A stretch of 64,000 nt of DNA. It comes from an uncultured Gammaproteobacteria bacterium (GTDB taxonomy: Bacteria; Pseudomonadota; Gammaproteobacteria; Pseudomonadales; Halieaceae). The stretch covers positions 57,684 through 121,683 of the forward strand of contig CAVPIH010000018.1 of NCBI GenBank assembly GCA_963704965.1. The letters run 5' to 3'. Both the position numbers and the translations under genes were made by a program. The notes beneath the pieces were generated by a model. That model saw only the letters and a program-made list of their open reading frames with translations, had not been told where the DNA came from and searched no databases. Positions 8,949 through 18,433 of this stretch are shown here, piece by piece (position 1 is the first letter of the stretch; every line of letters starts with the position of its first letter).

Positions 8949-9806
8949 ATGAAAAAGTTACTCACCATCGCCGTCGTGCTGTTCGCCCTGGTCGGGGCCT
9001 TGTTGCTATCACTGCCCACGATTTTGCACAGCGCCGGCCTGCACCCCGAATATGACGGACCATCGGTGGCTTTGCCTGGCAAGCGCGCCCTGATCATCAC
9101 TACCAGCCACGGAGTGCTGGCGGCGCCGGGACAAACCGGGGGCCCTGCCACCGGTGTGTTTGGTTCCGAGCTGACTCACCCCTACTACACTTTCCTGGAT
9201 GGTGGCATGGAAGTCGACGTGGCCAGTATCCGCGGTGGTTCAATACCCGTTGATCCCCAGAGCTTCCTGTTCATGATCAAGTCACCCGAGGACGAGCGTT
9301 ACCTCAACGACCCCGTAGCACAGGCCAGGGTGAAGAACTCCATTCCTATTGCCGAGGTGGATATCGACCAGTACGACATTGTGTTCATCTCGGGAGGCTG
9401 GGGGGCAGCCTATGACCTGGCGCAATCCCCCGAACTGGCGGCAAAGGTGAGCGCAGCCTATTACGGCCACAAGGAGGCGATTATCGGCGGTGTCTGCCAC
9501 GGCGTGCTGGGCCTGGTGAGCGCACGGGACCGGGACGGTGATCTGCTGATTGCCGGACGGCGCATGACCGGCGTGACCGACAAGCAGATCGGGGAACTTG
9601 ATATAGAAATCACGCCGCTGCACCCCGAAACGGAGCTGCGCAAGGCGGGCGCCGTGTTTGAGGCCCAGACGGCATTCAGGGACATTTTCGCCACCCATGT
9701 CGCGGTCGACGATGAGCAGCGCTTTGTTACCGGGCAGAACCAGAACTCCGGGCTGGAAACCGCGCACCTGATGATGCAACTTGTTGCGCAGAGGCAGCAG
9801 CAATGA
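8949..9806 (+). CDS. DJ-1/PfpI (type 1 glutamine amidotransferase-like) protein with an N-terminal signal or anchor
   Basis: ATG at 8949 gives MKKLLTIAVVLFALVGALLLSLP, a hydrophobic N-terminus. IFISGGWGAAYDL and the nucleophile elbow IIGGVCHGVLGL fit the family. The stop overlaps the next start (ATGA at 9803-9806). Confidence 0.7.
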   Translation: MKKLLTIAVVLFALVGALLLSLPTILHSAGLHPEYDGPSVALPGKRALIITTSHGVLAAPGQTGGPATGVFGSELTHPYYTFLDGGMEVDVASIRGGSIPVDPQSFLFMIKSPEDERYLNDPVAQARVKNSIPIAEVDIDQYDIVFISGGWGAAYDLAQSPELAAKVSAAYYGHKEAIIGGVCHGVLGLVSARDRDGDLLIAGRRMTGVTDKQIGELDIEITPLHPETELRKAGAVFEAQTAFRDIFATHVAVDDEQRFVTGQNQNSGLETAHLMMQLVAQRQQQ

Positions 9807-10936
9807 CTTCAAAGGATGTATACCGCCTATACGCCATCACCCACTCACTGTATTCCGGGCGGGCGCGTTCTTACCTGATCAAGCAGGGCATACCGTTCCG
9901 GGAGTTATCCACCGGGCATGAGAGCTTCAAGGCGGAGGTTCTGCCCCGGGGCAAGTTGCCGACCATACCGACCCTGGTGACCCCCTCGGGAGACGTGATT
10001 CGTGACGGTGCCGCCATTATCGAGCACTTCGAGGCGATCGGCGGCCGTCCCTGCCAGCCCACCGGGCCGCGCCAGCAGATCATCAGCGCGCTGTTTGACG
10101 TGATCGGGACCGACGGTCTGTTGCGTCCGGCCATGCACTATCGCTGGAATTTCCCCCAGGACAACCTCGACTTTATCCGCTACCACTTCCTCTATTCGCA
10201 GCGGGACCTGCCACAGCGGGAGCAAAAGACCGAGCAGATGATGGGCCGGATGCGCCACGCGGCGCAGCTGTTCGGTGTTACCGAACAATCGCAGGAACTG
10301 GTGGAGGGTCTGTACCTGGAATACCTCGATGCGCTCAACGCCCACTTCGAGCAATATCCCTACCTGCTGGGCTGGCGCCCGTGCATAGGGGACTTCGGCT
10401 TGCTGGCGCCCATGTATGCTCACCTGGGACGGGATCCTTATCCGGCGCGCTTGATGCAGCAGCGGGCGACCCGTGTTTATCGCTGGGTGGAGCGAATGAA
10501 CCGCGCCGACCAGGACGTGCCGGAGTATTTTGAGGCGGGTACGGACTTCCTGGGCGATGACGAGGTGCCGGCAACCCTGTTGGCGGTGCTGCGTGTGCTG
10601 GCGGAGGACTTTGTGCCGGAGACCCGGGCCGCCGCCGGGCGTATCAACGCCTGGCTGGCGGAGACGCAACCCGAGGCCGGGGTGTCGGCCGTGACGCGAC
10701 CCGGTAGCGGGCCCGGCAACGCCGAATTTTCCCTGCGCGGGCAGACCATCAGTGCCCTGGCCCAGCCCTATCGTTTTTACCTGTTGCAGCGGGTGCAGGC
10801 CATTTACACGGGCCTGGCTTCGCAAGACCGCGCGTTGGTGGATGACATGCTTGCCGCCTGCAATATGTCTGAGCTGCCAGACATCACGCTGGATCGACGG
10901 ATTGCCAGGGCAGACAATCTGGAAGTCTGGACTTGA
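9803..10936 (+). CDS. Long GST-like protein with a C-terminal extension (paralog 2 of 3)
   Basis: 377-aa ORF. YRLYAITHSLYSGRARSYLIKQGIPF looks like GST_N and YPYLLGWRPCIGDFGLLAPM like GST_C. The tail (LAEDFVPETR...YTGLASQDRALVDDMLAAC) is shared with paralogs 1 and 3. Confidence 0.7.
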   Translation: MTSKDVYRLYAITHSLYSGRARSYLIKQGIPFRELSTGHESFKAEVLPRGKLPTIPTLVTPSGDVIRDGAAIIEHFEAIGGRPCQPTGPRQQIISALFDVIGTDGLLRPAMHYRWNFPQDNLDFIRYHFLYSQRDLPQREQKTEQMMGRMRHAAQLFGVTEQSQELVEGLYLEYLDALNAHFEQYPYLLGWRPCIGDFGLLAPMYAHLGRDPYPARLMQQRATRVYRWVERMNRADQDVPEYFEAGTDFLGDDEVPATLLAVLRVLAEDFVPETRAAAGRINAWLAETQPEAGVSAVTRPGSGPGNAEFSLRGQTISALAQPYRFYLLQRVQAIYTGLASQDRALVDDMLAACNMSELPDITLDRRIARADNLEVWT

Positions 10937-10987
10937 TGCACGACCTGATTACCGCATACAGCGGCAACTGATATAGGGAGAAGTAAC

Positions 10988-12202
10988 ATGGGATTTGAAG
11001 TCAGCGAAAATGTTGTGGCGCTGAATGCCAAACTCGAGGCGTTTATGCGGGAGCATATCTACCCCCGGGAGCACGACTGGCAGGCGTTTACCCTGGACCA
11101 GGACAACCTTTGGCAAGTGCCACCGTGGTTTGACGGCTTGCGGGAGAAGGCCAGGGCCGCGGGACTTTGGAACCTGTTCCTGCCCCACGAGTACCAGCCC
11201 TGGAGCCCCGGCTTGACCAATGCCGAAATCGCCCCGCTGTTTGAAACCATGAGCAAGGTGATGTGGGCGCAAGCGGTGTTTAACTGCAACGCGCCGGATC
11301 GCGGCAATATGGAGGTGCTGGCAAAGTACGGCACGCCTGAACAGCAGAAGCGGTGGCTGGAGCCCCTGCTGGCGGGCGAGATTCGCTCGGCCTACGCCAT
11401 GACCGAACCCCAGGTGGCTTCGTCCGATGCCACCAATATGGAACTGGAGATCAAGCGCGACGGCGATGAGTACGTGCTCAACGGCCGCAAATGGTGGACC
11501 ACCAACGCCGTGGGCGGGCGCTGCAAGATCATGCTGGTGATGGGCTTGTCCAACCCCGATGCGGAGCGCCACCGCCGGCACTCCACCATTCTGGTGCCGC
11601 GCGATACCCCGGGAATTACGCTGGTGCGCCCCTTGCGGGTGTTTGATAATTTGCATTCGCCAGGCGGCGAAGCGGAGTTCCTGTTCGAGGATGTACGGGT
11701 ACCTGTTGGCAACATGATCAAGGGCGAGGGCTGCGGTTTCGAGATTGCGCAGGGCCGCCTCGGGCCGGGCCGTTTCCAGTATGCGATGACCCTGGTGGGT
11801 GCGGCGCAGCGCTGCCTGGAGTTGATGTGCGCACGCGCCGAGGAGCGCGTGGCATTCGGCGAGAAACTCAGCAAGAAAACCAGTGTCCAGCATGAGATCG
11901 CCCGCTGTCGTTGCGAGATCGAACAGTGTCGCCTGCTGGTCCTGCAGGCCGCGGAGGTGATGGACAAGCAGGGTATGAAGGCCGCCTTGCCCTACATCTC
12001 CATGGTCAAGATTGTCGCGCCGCAGATGGCGCAGAACGTGGCCGATCGCGCCATGCAGGTGTTCGGCGGTATGGGCGTCTGCCAGGACACACTAATCCCC
12101 GACGTGTTCACCCACGCGCGCTTCTGCCGTATCGCGGATGGCCCGGACGAGGTGCATATGTCGCAGCTGGCCAAGCTGACCATCCGCGACCTGGTGGGAT
12201 AA
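10988..12202 (+). CDS. Acyl-CoA dehydrogenase (FadE2/ACAD10-11-like)
   Basis: 404-aa ORF. The N-terminus LEAFMREHIYPRE...LWNLFLP is followed by YAMTEPQVASSDATNM and a C-terminal RFCRIADGPDEVH. GGGAGAAG lies upstream of the ATG. Confidence 0.85.
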   Translation: MGFEVSENVVALNAKLEAFMREHIYPREHDWQAFTLDQDNLWQVPPWFDGLREKARAAGLWNLFLPHEYQPWSPGLTNAEIAPLFETMSKVMWAQAVFNCNAPDRGNMEVLAKYGTPEQQKRWLEPLLAGEIRSAYAMTEPQVASSDATNMELEIKRDGDEYVLNGRKWWTTNAVGGRCKIMLVMGLSNPDAERHRRHSTILVPRDTPGITLVRPLRVFDNLHSPGGEAEFLFEDVRVPVGNMIKGEGCGFEIAQGRLGPGRFQYAMTLVGAAQRCLELMCARAEERVAFGEKLSKKTSVQHEIARCRCEIEQCRLLVLQAAEVMDKQGMKAALPYISMVKIVAPQMAQNVADRAMQVFGGMGVCQDTLIPDVFTHARFCRIADGPDEVHMSQLAKLTIRDLVG

Positions 12203-12205
12203 CAA

Positions 12206-14407
12206 TCAGAAAACGTACCGCAGGGTTGCCCCGTAGGTGCGCGGTGCAGCCAGGAATTCTGCCTGCATGCCGGTCAGCAAAAAGGGTGCCGCCGACAGCG
12301 ACGAATAGGATTCGTCGGTGGCGTTCTTAACCCATAGGGACGCATCCCAGCTATCGTTGCGCCAGCCTAGGCGGGCGTTGACCAGTTCCCGGTTCTGCTC
12401 GGTGTCCGGGGGCTGGTAGGTTGCATTGGTGTAGTGATCACCCATGAAGCTGTAGTCGGCGCGCAGGTAAGTCATGCCCCCGGCGAGAGGCAGGAGCAAG
12501 GTGGCGGCAATATTGCCACTCCAGTCCGGGGCGAAAACGACGTCGAACCGCTCCAGTTCCCCCTCGGTGTATTTAGCGTCCAGGTACTGCAGGCCGCCGT
12601 CCAGGATCAGGTTGGGGAGTGGCATGGCCGTAAATCCCAGGTCGACCCCTTCGATTTCAGCCCTGGCGGCGTTGCTTACGAAGGTGCCGGCACCGATTGG
12701 CTTCTGGGCTAAAAACTGCAGATCGTCGAACTCAGAGTAAAATGCCGTGGCGTTCAGTTTGAGCCGGTTTTCGAACAGCTCTGTTTTCACCCCCAATTCG
12801 TAGTTGGTGGTTTTCTCTTCCTCGAACTCGAGTTGGGGGTCACCCGGGTTGTTGAATCCCGGTGACTTGGTGCCCGTGGCCACAGAGGCGAACAACATGG
12901 TGTCGTCGCCGAGGAAGTAGCGCAGATTTGCCAGCCAGGTGAATCCGTCCTTCTCCAGGTCTTCGTTGCCGGCGCCGGGCGCGGCGATCAGATCGACGAA
13001 AGTGGGCACTCCTGGAATATTCGCGGCCGGTGCCGTGGAGACGTTTTCTACATACCCATCCACCGTCTTCTCCTCGGCGGTATAGCGCAGGCCCAGGGTC
13101 AGCAGCCACTCATCGGTAAAGCTGTAGGTAGTCTGGCCGAAGGCGGCATAGACATCGGTTTCGTAGTTGGCCTTGGCGGTAATGTAGTCACCGGGTGCAG
13201 CCAATACCGCCAACTGTGGCCCGAAAGTGACGGTGCCGACCGAGAGGATATCCTCGCCCAGGATGGTGAAGGGTTCAGGGTTGTCCCGCTTGTTTTCCTC
13301 GTGCAGGTAGTAGAGTCCGGCCAGATACTGCAGGGGGCCGTCCAGATCGCTGCTGAGGCGGAACTCCTGGGACCAGGCACTGCCCGAGAAGGTGTCGTTG
13401 ACAAAGTAGAGAATGTCGAACTGGGACCGGTCGGCGTCCGCTGAGGACTTGTAATCATATTCGTTCCAGGCAGTGAGAGAAGTCAGTTGCGCCCGGTCCA
13501 TATCGTAGTCGACGTTCAGGATCACCATATCTGACGTCATGGTGAATTCACTGCTCCGGTCGGCGTTGTTTTTCCAGTCCCAGGCATCGTTTTTGGGTAC
13601 CGGCAAATCGTTTTCCGCCAACAGGGCCAGCAGGGTTTCCGTCTGCAGTGCGTCCGCCGCGCAGCAGCGGTCATCGCGGTCGACGTGGCTTGCCGTCAGC
13701 ATAATGCTCCAGGCATCGGTCGGCAGCCACTGTATCTTCCCCCGCAGATTCCAGTCCTGCGCCGACATCTGGTCCGGGCCAGTTCCGTTCTCCAACCAAC
13801 CATCCTGCTCGCGCCAGTTGCCTGCCATCCGGTAGGCGAGTTCGTCATTGACCGGACCTGTCACCGACGCGGTGTACTGCTGCAGGCCGTAGTCGCCCAC
13901 CGTTCCCTCCAGGTAACCTTCGACTTCCTCGAAATTCGGGTTGCTGGTTACGACGCTGACGACACCGGCGTTGGAGTTCTTGCCGTACAGAGTGCCCTGG
14001 GGGCCCTGCAGTACCTCGACGCGCTCGATATCCGTCAGGTCTGACATACCCAGGCCGGAGCGCCCCATGTAGACCCCGTCGACCACAAAGGCAACCGACG
14101 CCTCCAGGGCGATGGAATTCTGGGAGGTGCCGATACCGCGAATACGTATGCCAGTGGCAAACGGACTGAGATTAGTGGTGGTGGTCAGTGACGGCACCAG
14201 CTGTGCCACGTCGGCCAGGTCGACGACGCCGGCGGCCTGCAGGGTCTCTGCAGTGACCGCGTTCACCGTGACCGGAATGTCCTGCAGGCTCTCCGCCCGT
14301 TTGGTTGCCGTCACTACTACCTCTTCGAGGGCGCCGGTCAGGCCCAGCGCGGCGGAAGCATAAATTGTCAGGGCGATGGCAGACGCAAGCGGCTTGATGT
14401 TCCGCAT
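12206..14407 (-). CDS. TonB-dependent outer-membrane receptor
   Basis: 733-aa ORF with a signal peptide (MRNIKPLASAIALTIYASAALG) and a TonB-box/plug region (EEVVVTATKRAESLQDIPVTVNAV). The C-terminal beta-barrel ends in TYGATLRYVF. GGAG lies 9 nt before the ATG. Confidence 0.9.
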   Translation of the reverse strand: MRNIKPLASAIALTIYASAALGLTGALEEVVVTATKRAESLQDIPVTVNAVTAETLQAAGVVDLADVAQLVPSLTTTTNLSPFATGIRIRGIGTSQNSIALEASVAFVVDGVYMGRSGLGMSDLTDIERVEVLQGPQGTLYGKNSNAGVVSVVTSNPNFEEVEGYLEGTVGDYGLQQYTASVTGPVNDELAYRMAGNWREQDGWLENGTGPDQMSAQDWNLRGKIQWLPTDAWSIMLTASHVDRDDRCCAADALQTETLLALLAENDLPVPKNDAWDWKNNADRSSEFTMTSDMVILNVDYDMDRAQLTSLTAWNEYDYKSSADADRSQFDILYFVNDTFSGSAWSQEFRLSSDLDGPLQYLAGLYYLHEENKRDNPEPFTILGEDILSVGTVTFGPQLAVLAAPGDYITAKANYETDVYAAFGQTTYSFTDEWLLTLGLRYTAEEKTVDGYVENVSTAPAANIPGVPTFVDLIAAPGAGNEDLEKDGFTWLANLRYFLGDDTMLFASVATGTKSPGFNNPGDPQLEFEEEKTTNYELGVKTELFENRLKLNATAFYSEFDDLQFLAQKPIGAGTFVSNAARAEIEGVDLGFTAMPLPNLILDGGLQYLDAKYTEGELERFDVVFAPDWSGNIAATLLLPLAGGMTYLRADYSFMGDHYTNATYQPPDTEQNRELVNARLGWRNDSWDASLWVKNATDESYSSLSAAPFLLTGMQAEFLAAPRTYGATLRYVF

Positions 14408-14438
14408 TATTACACTCCATTTTTATACTTATCTTAAA

Positions 14439-14457
14439 ATGGCATAAACTGTGCCAT
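14439..14457. promoter_or_regulatory. Candidate operator palindrome ATGGCA-N7-TGCCAT (site 2 of 4)
   Basis: The sequence is ATGGCATAAACTGTGCCAT. It lies 31 nt upstream of the TonB-dependent receptor ATG, in the divergent region shared with the gene at 14614. An extra ATGGCA half-site is at 14464-14469. Confidence 0.6.
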
Positions 14458-14613
14458 AATGTAATGGCAGAGACTATGTTAATATAATCGTTTTTGCAAG
14501 CGTCTTCGATTGCGCATGGGCTTTGATTCAACCTCGGCGAGGCGGGCTCCGGTCTTTCCCGCGGGGATCATTGGCCGGTCCTCAGGACATTCAGGCAGAG
14601 GGAACACAGAAGC

Positions 14614-15294
14614 GTGAAACCGATTATACTCGCTATAGTACTCGTCCTGCTCGGCGCGTTCCTATTCTGGTTGGGGTACCTGTCTCCCCGACCGCCGCTT
14701 ACCACCGATCCGGCCACCCTGGCGGGCGATGGCAGCACCATCAATTACTGTGAATTGCCGACACTCGACGGCAGTGGCAAGCTGGCCGCGGATATTCCCA
14801 AGGGCAATACGCCGGGCTGCGGCTACTCGCACTTTCCGCTGCCGATTCTGGCCCAGTGCACCGAGCGATTACCCGCAGGAGCCGACGATATCCGGGGCCT
14901 GTGGCTCGGTGTCGAGGGCGGGCATGTGGGGCACCTTGAACGGGTTGAGCAGTGCGGCAGCCGTACCGTGGTAACGTCCAGCGGAATCATCCACGACTAT
15001 GGCCCAAACAGTACTGCAGGCCTCAATACTGACGATACCGAGGGTTCGGTACTGTTCACGATCGGTGATGAGGAGTACTGCATGCGCACCTCGGCCTCCA
15101 TGATCTGGGAGGAGGGCGTGCTCCACTTTCACGCCTTCGGCTGGGGGCCGGTGGTTGTGAAGCGCTACAGAGATGGCGAGCAACTGGTGTGGGAGTACGC
15201 AGATGGCAGTACCACCCACATGGACAGGATCTGCACTCTCCCCGCGGAGCACAAAGTACCCCGACCCAGGGGTAGGCGATATTCGTTGTTCTGA
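14614..15294 (+). CDS. Hypothetical membrane-anchored, Cys-containing protein
   Basis: 226-aa ORF with a GTG start. The N-terminal TM segment is MKPIILAIVLVLLGAFLFWLGYL. Six Cys residues lie in the soluble part. I do not recognise the family. Confidence 0.55.
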   Translation: MKPIILAIVLVLLGAFLFWLGYLSPRPPLTTDPATLAGDGSTINYCELPTLDGSGKLAADIPKGNTPGCGYSHFPLPILAQCTERLPAGADDIRGLWLGVEGGHVGHLERVEQCGSRTVVTSSGIIHDYGPNSTAGLNTDDTEGSVLFTIGDEEYCMRTSASMIWEEGVLHFHAFGWGPVVVKRYRDGEQLVWEYADGSTTHMDRICTLPAEHKVPRPRGRRYSLF

Positions 15295-15336
15295 TTCCAG
15301 GCGCTACCCGCCAGTCGGGTTGTGAAACCCGCGCGT

Positions 15337-15978
15337 TCAGCCCAGGCCCAGTGCTTTCGCCTCTTTCTGCAGCACCGCCGCTACCTGCGGCATTGCCTTC
15401 ACCCGGGCGATCAGTCCCGCGAGACGTGGCCAGCGCGATGGGTCTACCTCGTAGCCGGCATAGGAGGCGTTGTAGAAGGGCGAGGCGATGCTCAGGTCCG
15501 CCATGGTGAAGTCGCCGAAAACGAAGCCTTCTGCCGGCACCTGGCCTTCCAGGTAGTCCAGCATCGGCGGCAGGCGCTTGTCGATGATATTGGCAACCAG
15601 CTCCTCGTCGGGCTCCTGCTTGAAGGCGAAGGGGCGCATAAAGCGCTGGAAGAAAATGCCTGCAGCCATTTCGGCAACGGCGCCGCCACACAGGTCCTCG
15701 TACCAGTCCGCCATCGCCCGCTGGGCGGTATCCCGCGGATACAGGGCCGGCTCCGGGTAGGCGCTTTCGATATACCGGCAAATCACCTTGGAGTCGCCTA
15801 GCGTCAGGTCACCGTCCACCAGGGTGGGTATCTTGCCCAGCGGGTTGATCTTGAGGTATTCCTTGTCGCCGGAAAACGGCATCTGGGGGATTGTTTCGTA
15901 GGGGATATTCTTGATATCCAGCGCGATGAAAACCTTGCGCACGAAGGGAGACCCGTGCACACCGTATACCTTGATCAT
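15337..15978 (-). CDS. Glutathione S-transferase (canonical, about 213 aa)
   Basis: The internal ATG at 15978 gives MIKVYGVHGSPFVRKVFIALDIKNIPYE...INPLGKIPTLVDG, the GST_N fold with a catalytic Ser-Pro-Phe. The longer track ORF (to 16245) overlaps the upstream gene and is unlikely. Confidence 0.85.
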   Translation of the reverse strand: MIKVYGVHGSPFVRKVFIALDIKNIPYETIPQMPFSGDKEYLKINPLGKIPTLVDGDLTLGDSKVICRYIESAYPEPALYPRDTAQRAMADWYEDLCGGAVAEMAAGIFFQRFMRPFAFKQEPDEELVANIIDKRLPPMLDYLEGQVPAEGFVFGDFTMADLSIASPFYNASYAGYEVDPSRWPRLAGLIARVKAMPQVAAVLQKEAKALGLG

Positions 15979-15980
15979 TG

Positions 15981-16643
15981 TTACTGCTCCTTGGCGCTTG
16001 CGCTCGCTGCCTGCGATAGTTTTGCCGACATCTTCCAGCCGTCTACCAGTGCGGTCAATGCCAGCAGTATCAAGCCCAGCAGCAGCCTGGGGTCGCCCAG
16101 GTAGAGACTGGGCTCTATCGGGTAGGCGATAGTCTTGTCCAGCGCCGCGAGCTTGAAGTGGTGGGGACCCAGTATAGCGGGATTGCTGATGATCTCCATA
16201 AGTGCGCGCCGGCTGCGGTAGCGGAACAGGGCGGCGCTGGTCCACTGCTCGGCGCCCTCGATGCCGCTGATGTCGATTGCCGGATACACCGCGGGCCCCA
16301 TGATGACAGGGTGACAGGCGCGTTTGAGCAGTTCCGGGATCATGTGCTCCATGTACAGGCCCATCAGGGTATCGGCATCGGCGTTCGCCGGGGCGCCCTC
16401 CACGGCGGGGGGATTTTCATTCATATCGAGGTTGTTGACCATCAGGAACTGGCGACCGGTGTCCTGGCGCAGGAATTGGGCGTAAAACTCGATCTTCTCC
16501 GGGTTGGCGCCATTGCCAGTCATCACCTCGATGAAATGGTCGACCTCCGCATTGCTCAGGGGGCCCCTGAAATCGGTGTACCAGAACACGAAAGCGGCGT
16601 AGAGCAGGGCGGGGAACAGCCAGAGTTTCATGCGTGGTGACAT
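15981..16643 (-). CDS. Hypothetical membrane protein (N- and C-terminal TM helices, central alpha/beta domain)
   Basis: ATG at 16643 gives MSPRMKLWLFPALLYAAFVFWY. The C-terminal TM is LLLGLILLALTALV. The central part vaguely resembles DUF1330/dimeric alpha-beta-barrel proteins, which is a weak impression only. The stop lies 2 nt before the GST start. Confidence 0.5.
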   Translation of the reverse strand: MSPRMKLWLFPALLYAAFVFWYTDFRGPLSNAEVDHFIEVMTGNGANPEKIEFYAQFLRQDTGRQFLMVNNLDMNENPPAVEGAPANADADTLMGLYMEHMIPELLKRACHPVIMGPAVYPAIDISGIEGAEQWTSAALFRYRSRRALMEIISNPAILGPHHFKLAALDKTIAYPIEPSLYLGDPRLLLGLILLALTALVDGWKMSAKLSQAASASAKEQ

Positions 16644-16739
16644 GGGAGTTTCCCGTGCTGGTGTGGTAACGCCTTGCACTACCGCCAGGGCGTGTACAAG
16701 GGCTTCCAGATAATGAATCTGCTGCACGCAGCCTTACAT

Positions 16740-16760
16740 ATTGACAGCCTGTATGTCAAT
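16740..16760. promoter_or_regulatory. Perfect inverted repeat ATTGACA-N7-TGTCAAT
   Basis: The sequence is ATTGACAGCCTGTATGTCAAT, with 7-bp perfect arms and a 7-nt spacer. It lies between the BVMO stop (16788) and the start of the downstream membrane-protein gene (16643). The arms are AT-rich, so it looks more like an operator or promoter element than a terminator. Confidence 0.4.
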
Positions 16761-16787
16761 AAGATGGGCTGCGATGTCCAGGCCTGC

Positions 16788-18308
16788 CTAGCCGTTCACA
16801 ACGGCCTGTGCGGGGCGGGTGCCGTAGACGAGTTGCGGCTCGTCCAGGTCCAGGGCGGGGAGGATATCTTTCTCTATGTAATAGTCGTTGCAGAAGGTCC
16901 AGGGTTCGTGGCTCCCCTGTTTCGGCAACAGGTGCATGCTGCGCTGCAAATAGCCCGGGTTGAAGTCGTCGCTGGAGATCCAGGGCAGCGGCTCCATGGC
17001 CTGCTCGCTCGCCAGCAGGGTGGGCGTCACACTGGTGGCGCCTTTGTGATCCATGTGATTCAGCATGCGGCAAACCACATCCGCAAGCAGGTCGACCCGC
17101 ATCGTCCAACTGGTGCGCAGGTAACCGAACATGGCAGCCATATTGGGGATTCCGGAATTCATGAAGCCGCGATAGGTGAAGGTGCGGGCGAAATCCACGG
17201 GCTTGCCGTCCAGGTCGAAAGCGATGTCGCCCATCACGCAGATGTCGAAGCCGGTGGCCGTGACAATGATATCCGCCTCCAGCAACTCGCCGGAGCGGGT
17301 GAGGATGCCCTTGTCGGTAAAACGCTCTATATGGTCGGTCACCACGGACACCTTGCCGGACTTGATCGAATCGAACAGGTCGCCGTCAGGCACATAGGCA
17401 ATGCGCTGCTGCCAGGGTCGGTAGGAGGGGGTGAAATGGGACATGTCGAAGTCCTCCCCCAGGTAGTCGCGAATCACCCTGAACAGTTCTTCCTTCATCG
17501 CCTCCGGGTCCTGTTCCGACGCCTGGTAGATATCCTGCCCCAGTTTGAGCAGATCCCGGCGCACGATATCGTGAACGATGTCTTCCTCCACTCCCAGCCC
17601 GCGCAGGCGATCCGCCAGTTCGTTGCGATTCTCGCCGGTCCAGAAATAGGTGGGCGAGCGCTGCAGCATGGTGATGTGCTCGCAGTCCTGGGCCATGTTG
17701 GGGATCAGGGTCGCGGCGGTGGCACCGGAGCCTATGACCACTACCCGCTTGCCCTTGTAGTCCAGGTCCTCCGGCCAGGTCTGGGGGTGGACGATAGTCC
17801 CCCCGAATTCGTCCATACCCTGCCATTGGGGTGTATAACCCTGCTCGTGGCGATAGTAGCCCTGGCACATCCACAGGAAGCTGGCGGTGAAGTGCGCGAT
17901 GTCGCCACTGGCAGCGCGCTTCGCCTCAATAATCCAGTGCTGGTCTTCGCTGGACCAGGAGGCGCTCAGCACCTGGTGTTGATAGCGAATGTGCTGGTCG
18001 ATGTGGTCGTCTTCGATAGCCTCTCCCAGGTAGTCCAGGATCGCGTCGGCCGCGGCGACAGGTTTGCCCGACCAGGGCTTGAAGCCATAGCCGAAGGTGT
18101 ACAGGTCGCTGTCCGAACGCACGCCCGGGTAACTGTGCTGGCGCCAGGTACCACCGAATGAGGCCTTGTTTTCAAGCATGACGAAGGTCTTGCCGGGGCA
18201 CTTGGCCAGCAGGTGGTGCGCCGCGTCGATGCCGGAGATGCCGGCGCCGACAATCAATACGTCGAAGTGTTCGCTGGTCGGGGTGTGCATGGCGGTTACT
18301 GTGGACAT
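16788..18308 (-). CDS. Baeyer-Villiger-type flavin monooxygenase (class B FMO/BVMO)
   Basis: FAD motif VGAGISG, BVMO fingerprint FGGTIVHPQTWPED (FxGxxxHxxxWP) and NADPH motif VIGSGATA. I prefer the ATG at 18308, which has AGGGAGA 8 nt upstream. The track start at 18344 is a GTG. Confidence 0.85.
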   Translation of the reverse strand: MSTVTAMHTPTSEHFDVLIVGAGISGIDAAHHLLAKCPGKTFVMLENKASFGGTWRQHSYPGVRSDSDLYTFGYGFKPWSGKPVAAADAILDYLGEAIEDDHIDQHIRYQHQVLSASWSSEDQHWIIEAKRAASGDIAHFTASFLWMCQGYYRHEQGYTPQWQGMDEFGGTIVHPQTWPEDLDYKGKRVVVIGSGATAATLIPNMAQDCEHITMLQRSPTYFWTGENRNELADRLRGLGVEEDIVHDIVRRDLLKLGQDIYQASEQDPEAMKEELFRVIRDYLGEDFDMSHFTPSYRPWQQRIAYVPDGDLFDSIKSGKVSVVTDHIERFTDKGILTRSGELLEADIIVTATGFDICVMGDIAFDLDGKPVDFARTFTYRGFMNSGIPNMAAMFGYLRTSWTMRVDLLADVVCRMLNHMDHKGATSVTPTLLASEQAMEPLPWISSDDFNPGYLQRSMHLLPKQGSHEPWTFCNDYYIEKDILPALDLDEPQLVYGTRPAQAVVNG

Positions 18309-18433
18309 GGATTGTATCTCCCTGGGATATGATTCCTGAGCCACTATCCTAGCGCTGGAGGGGGAGGCGGTGACATTGCCAAACGGGACGGAAAATTGAT
18401 ATTTTGGGACATATTCGGTCTATTGGGTAATGC

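Noticed and set aside
15979-16245. The N-terminal extension of the GST ORF, which the track starts at 16245
   Set aside because: The extension is Arg/Pro/Gly-rich and overlaps the upstream membrane-protein gene. GST similarity begins exactly at the ATG at 15978 (MIKVYGVHGSPF).
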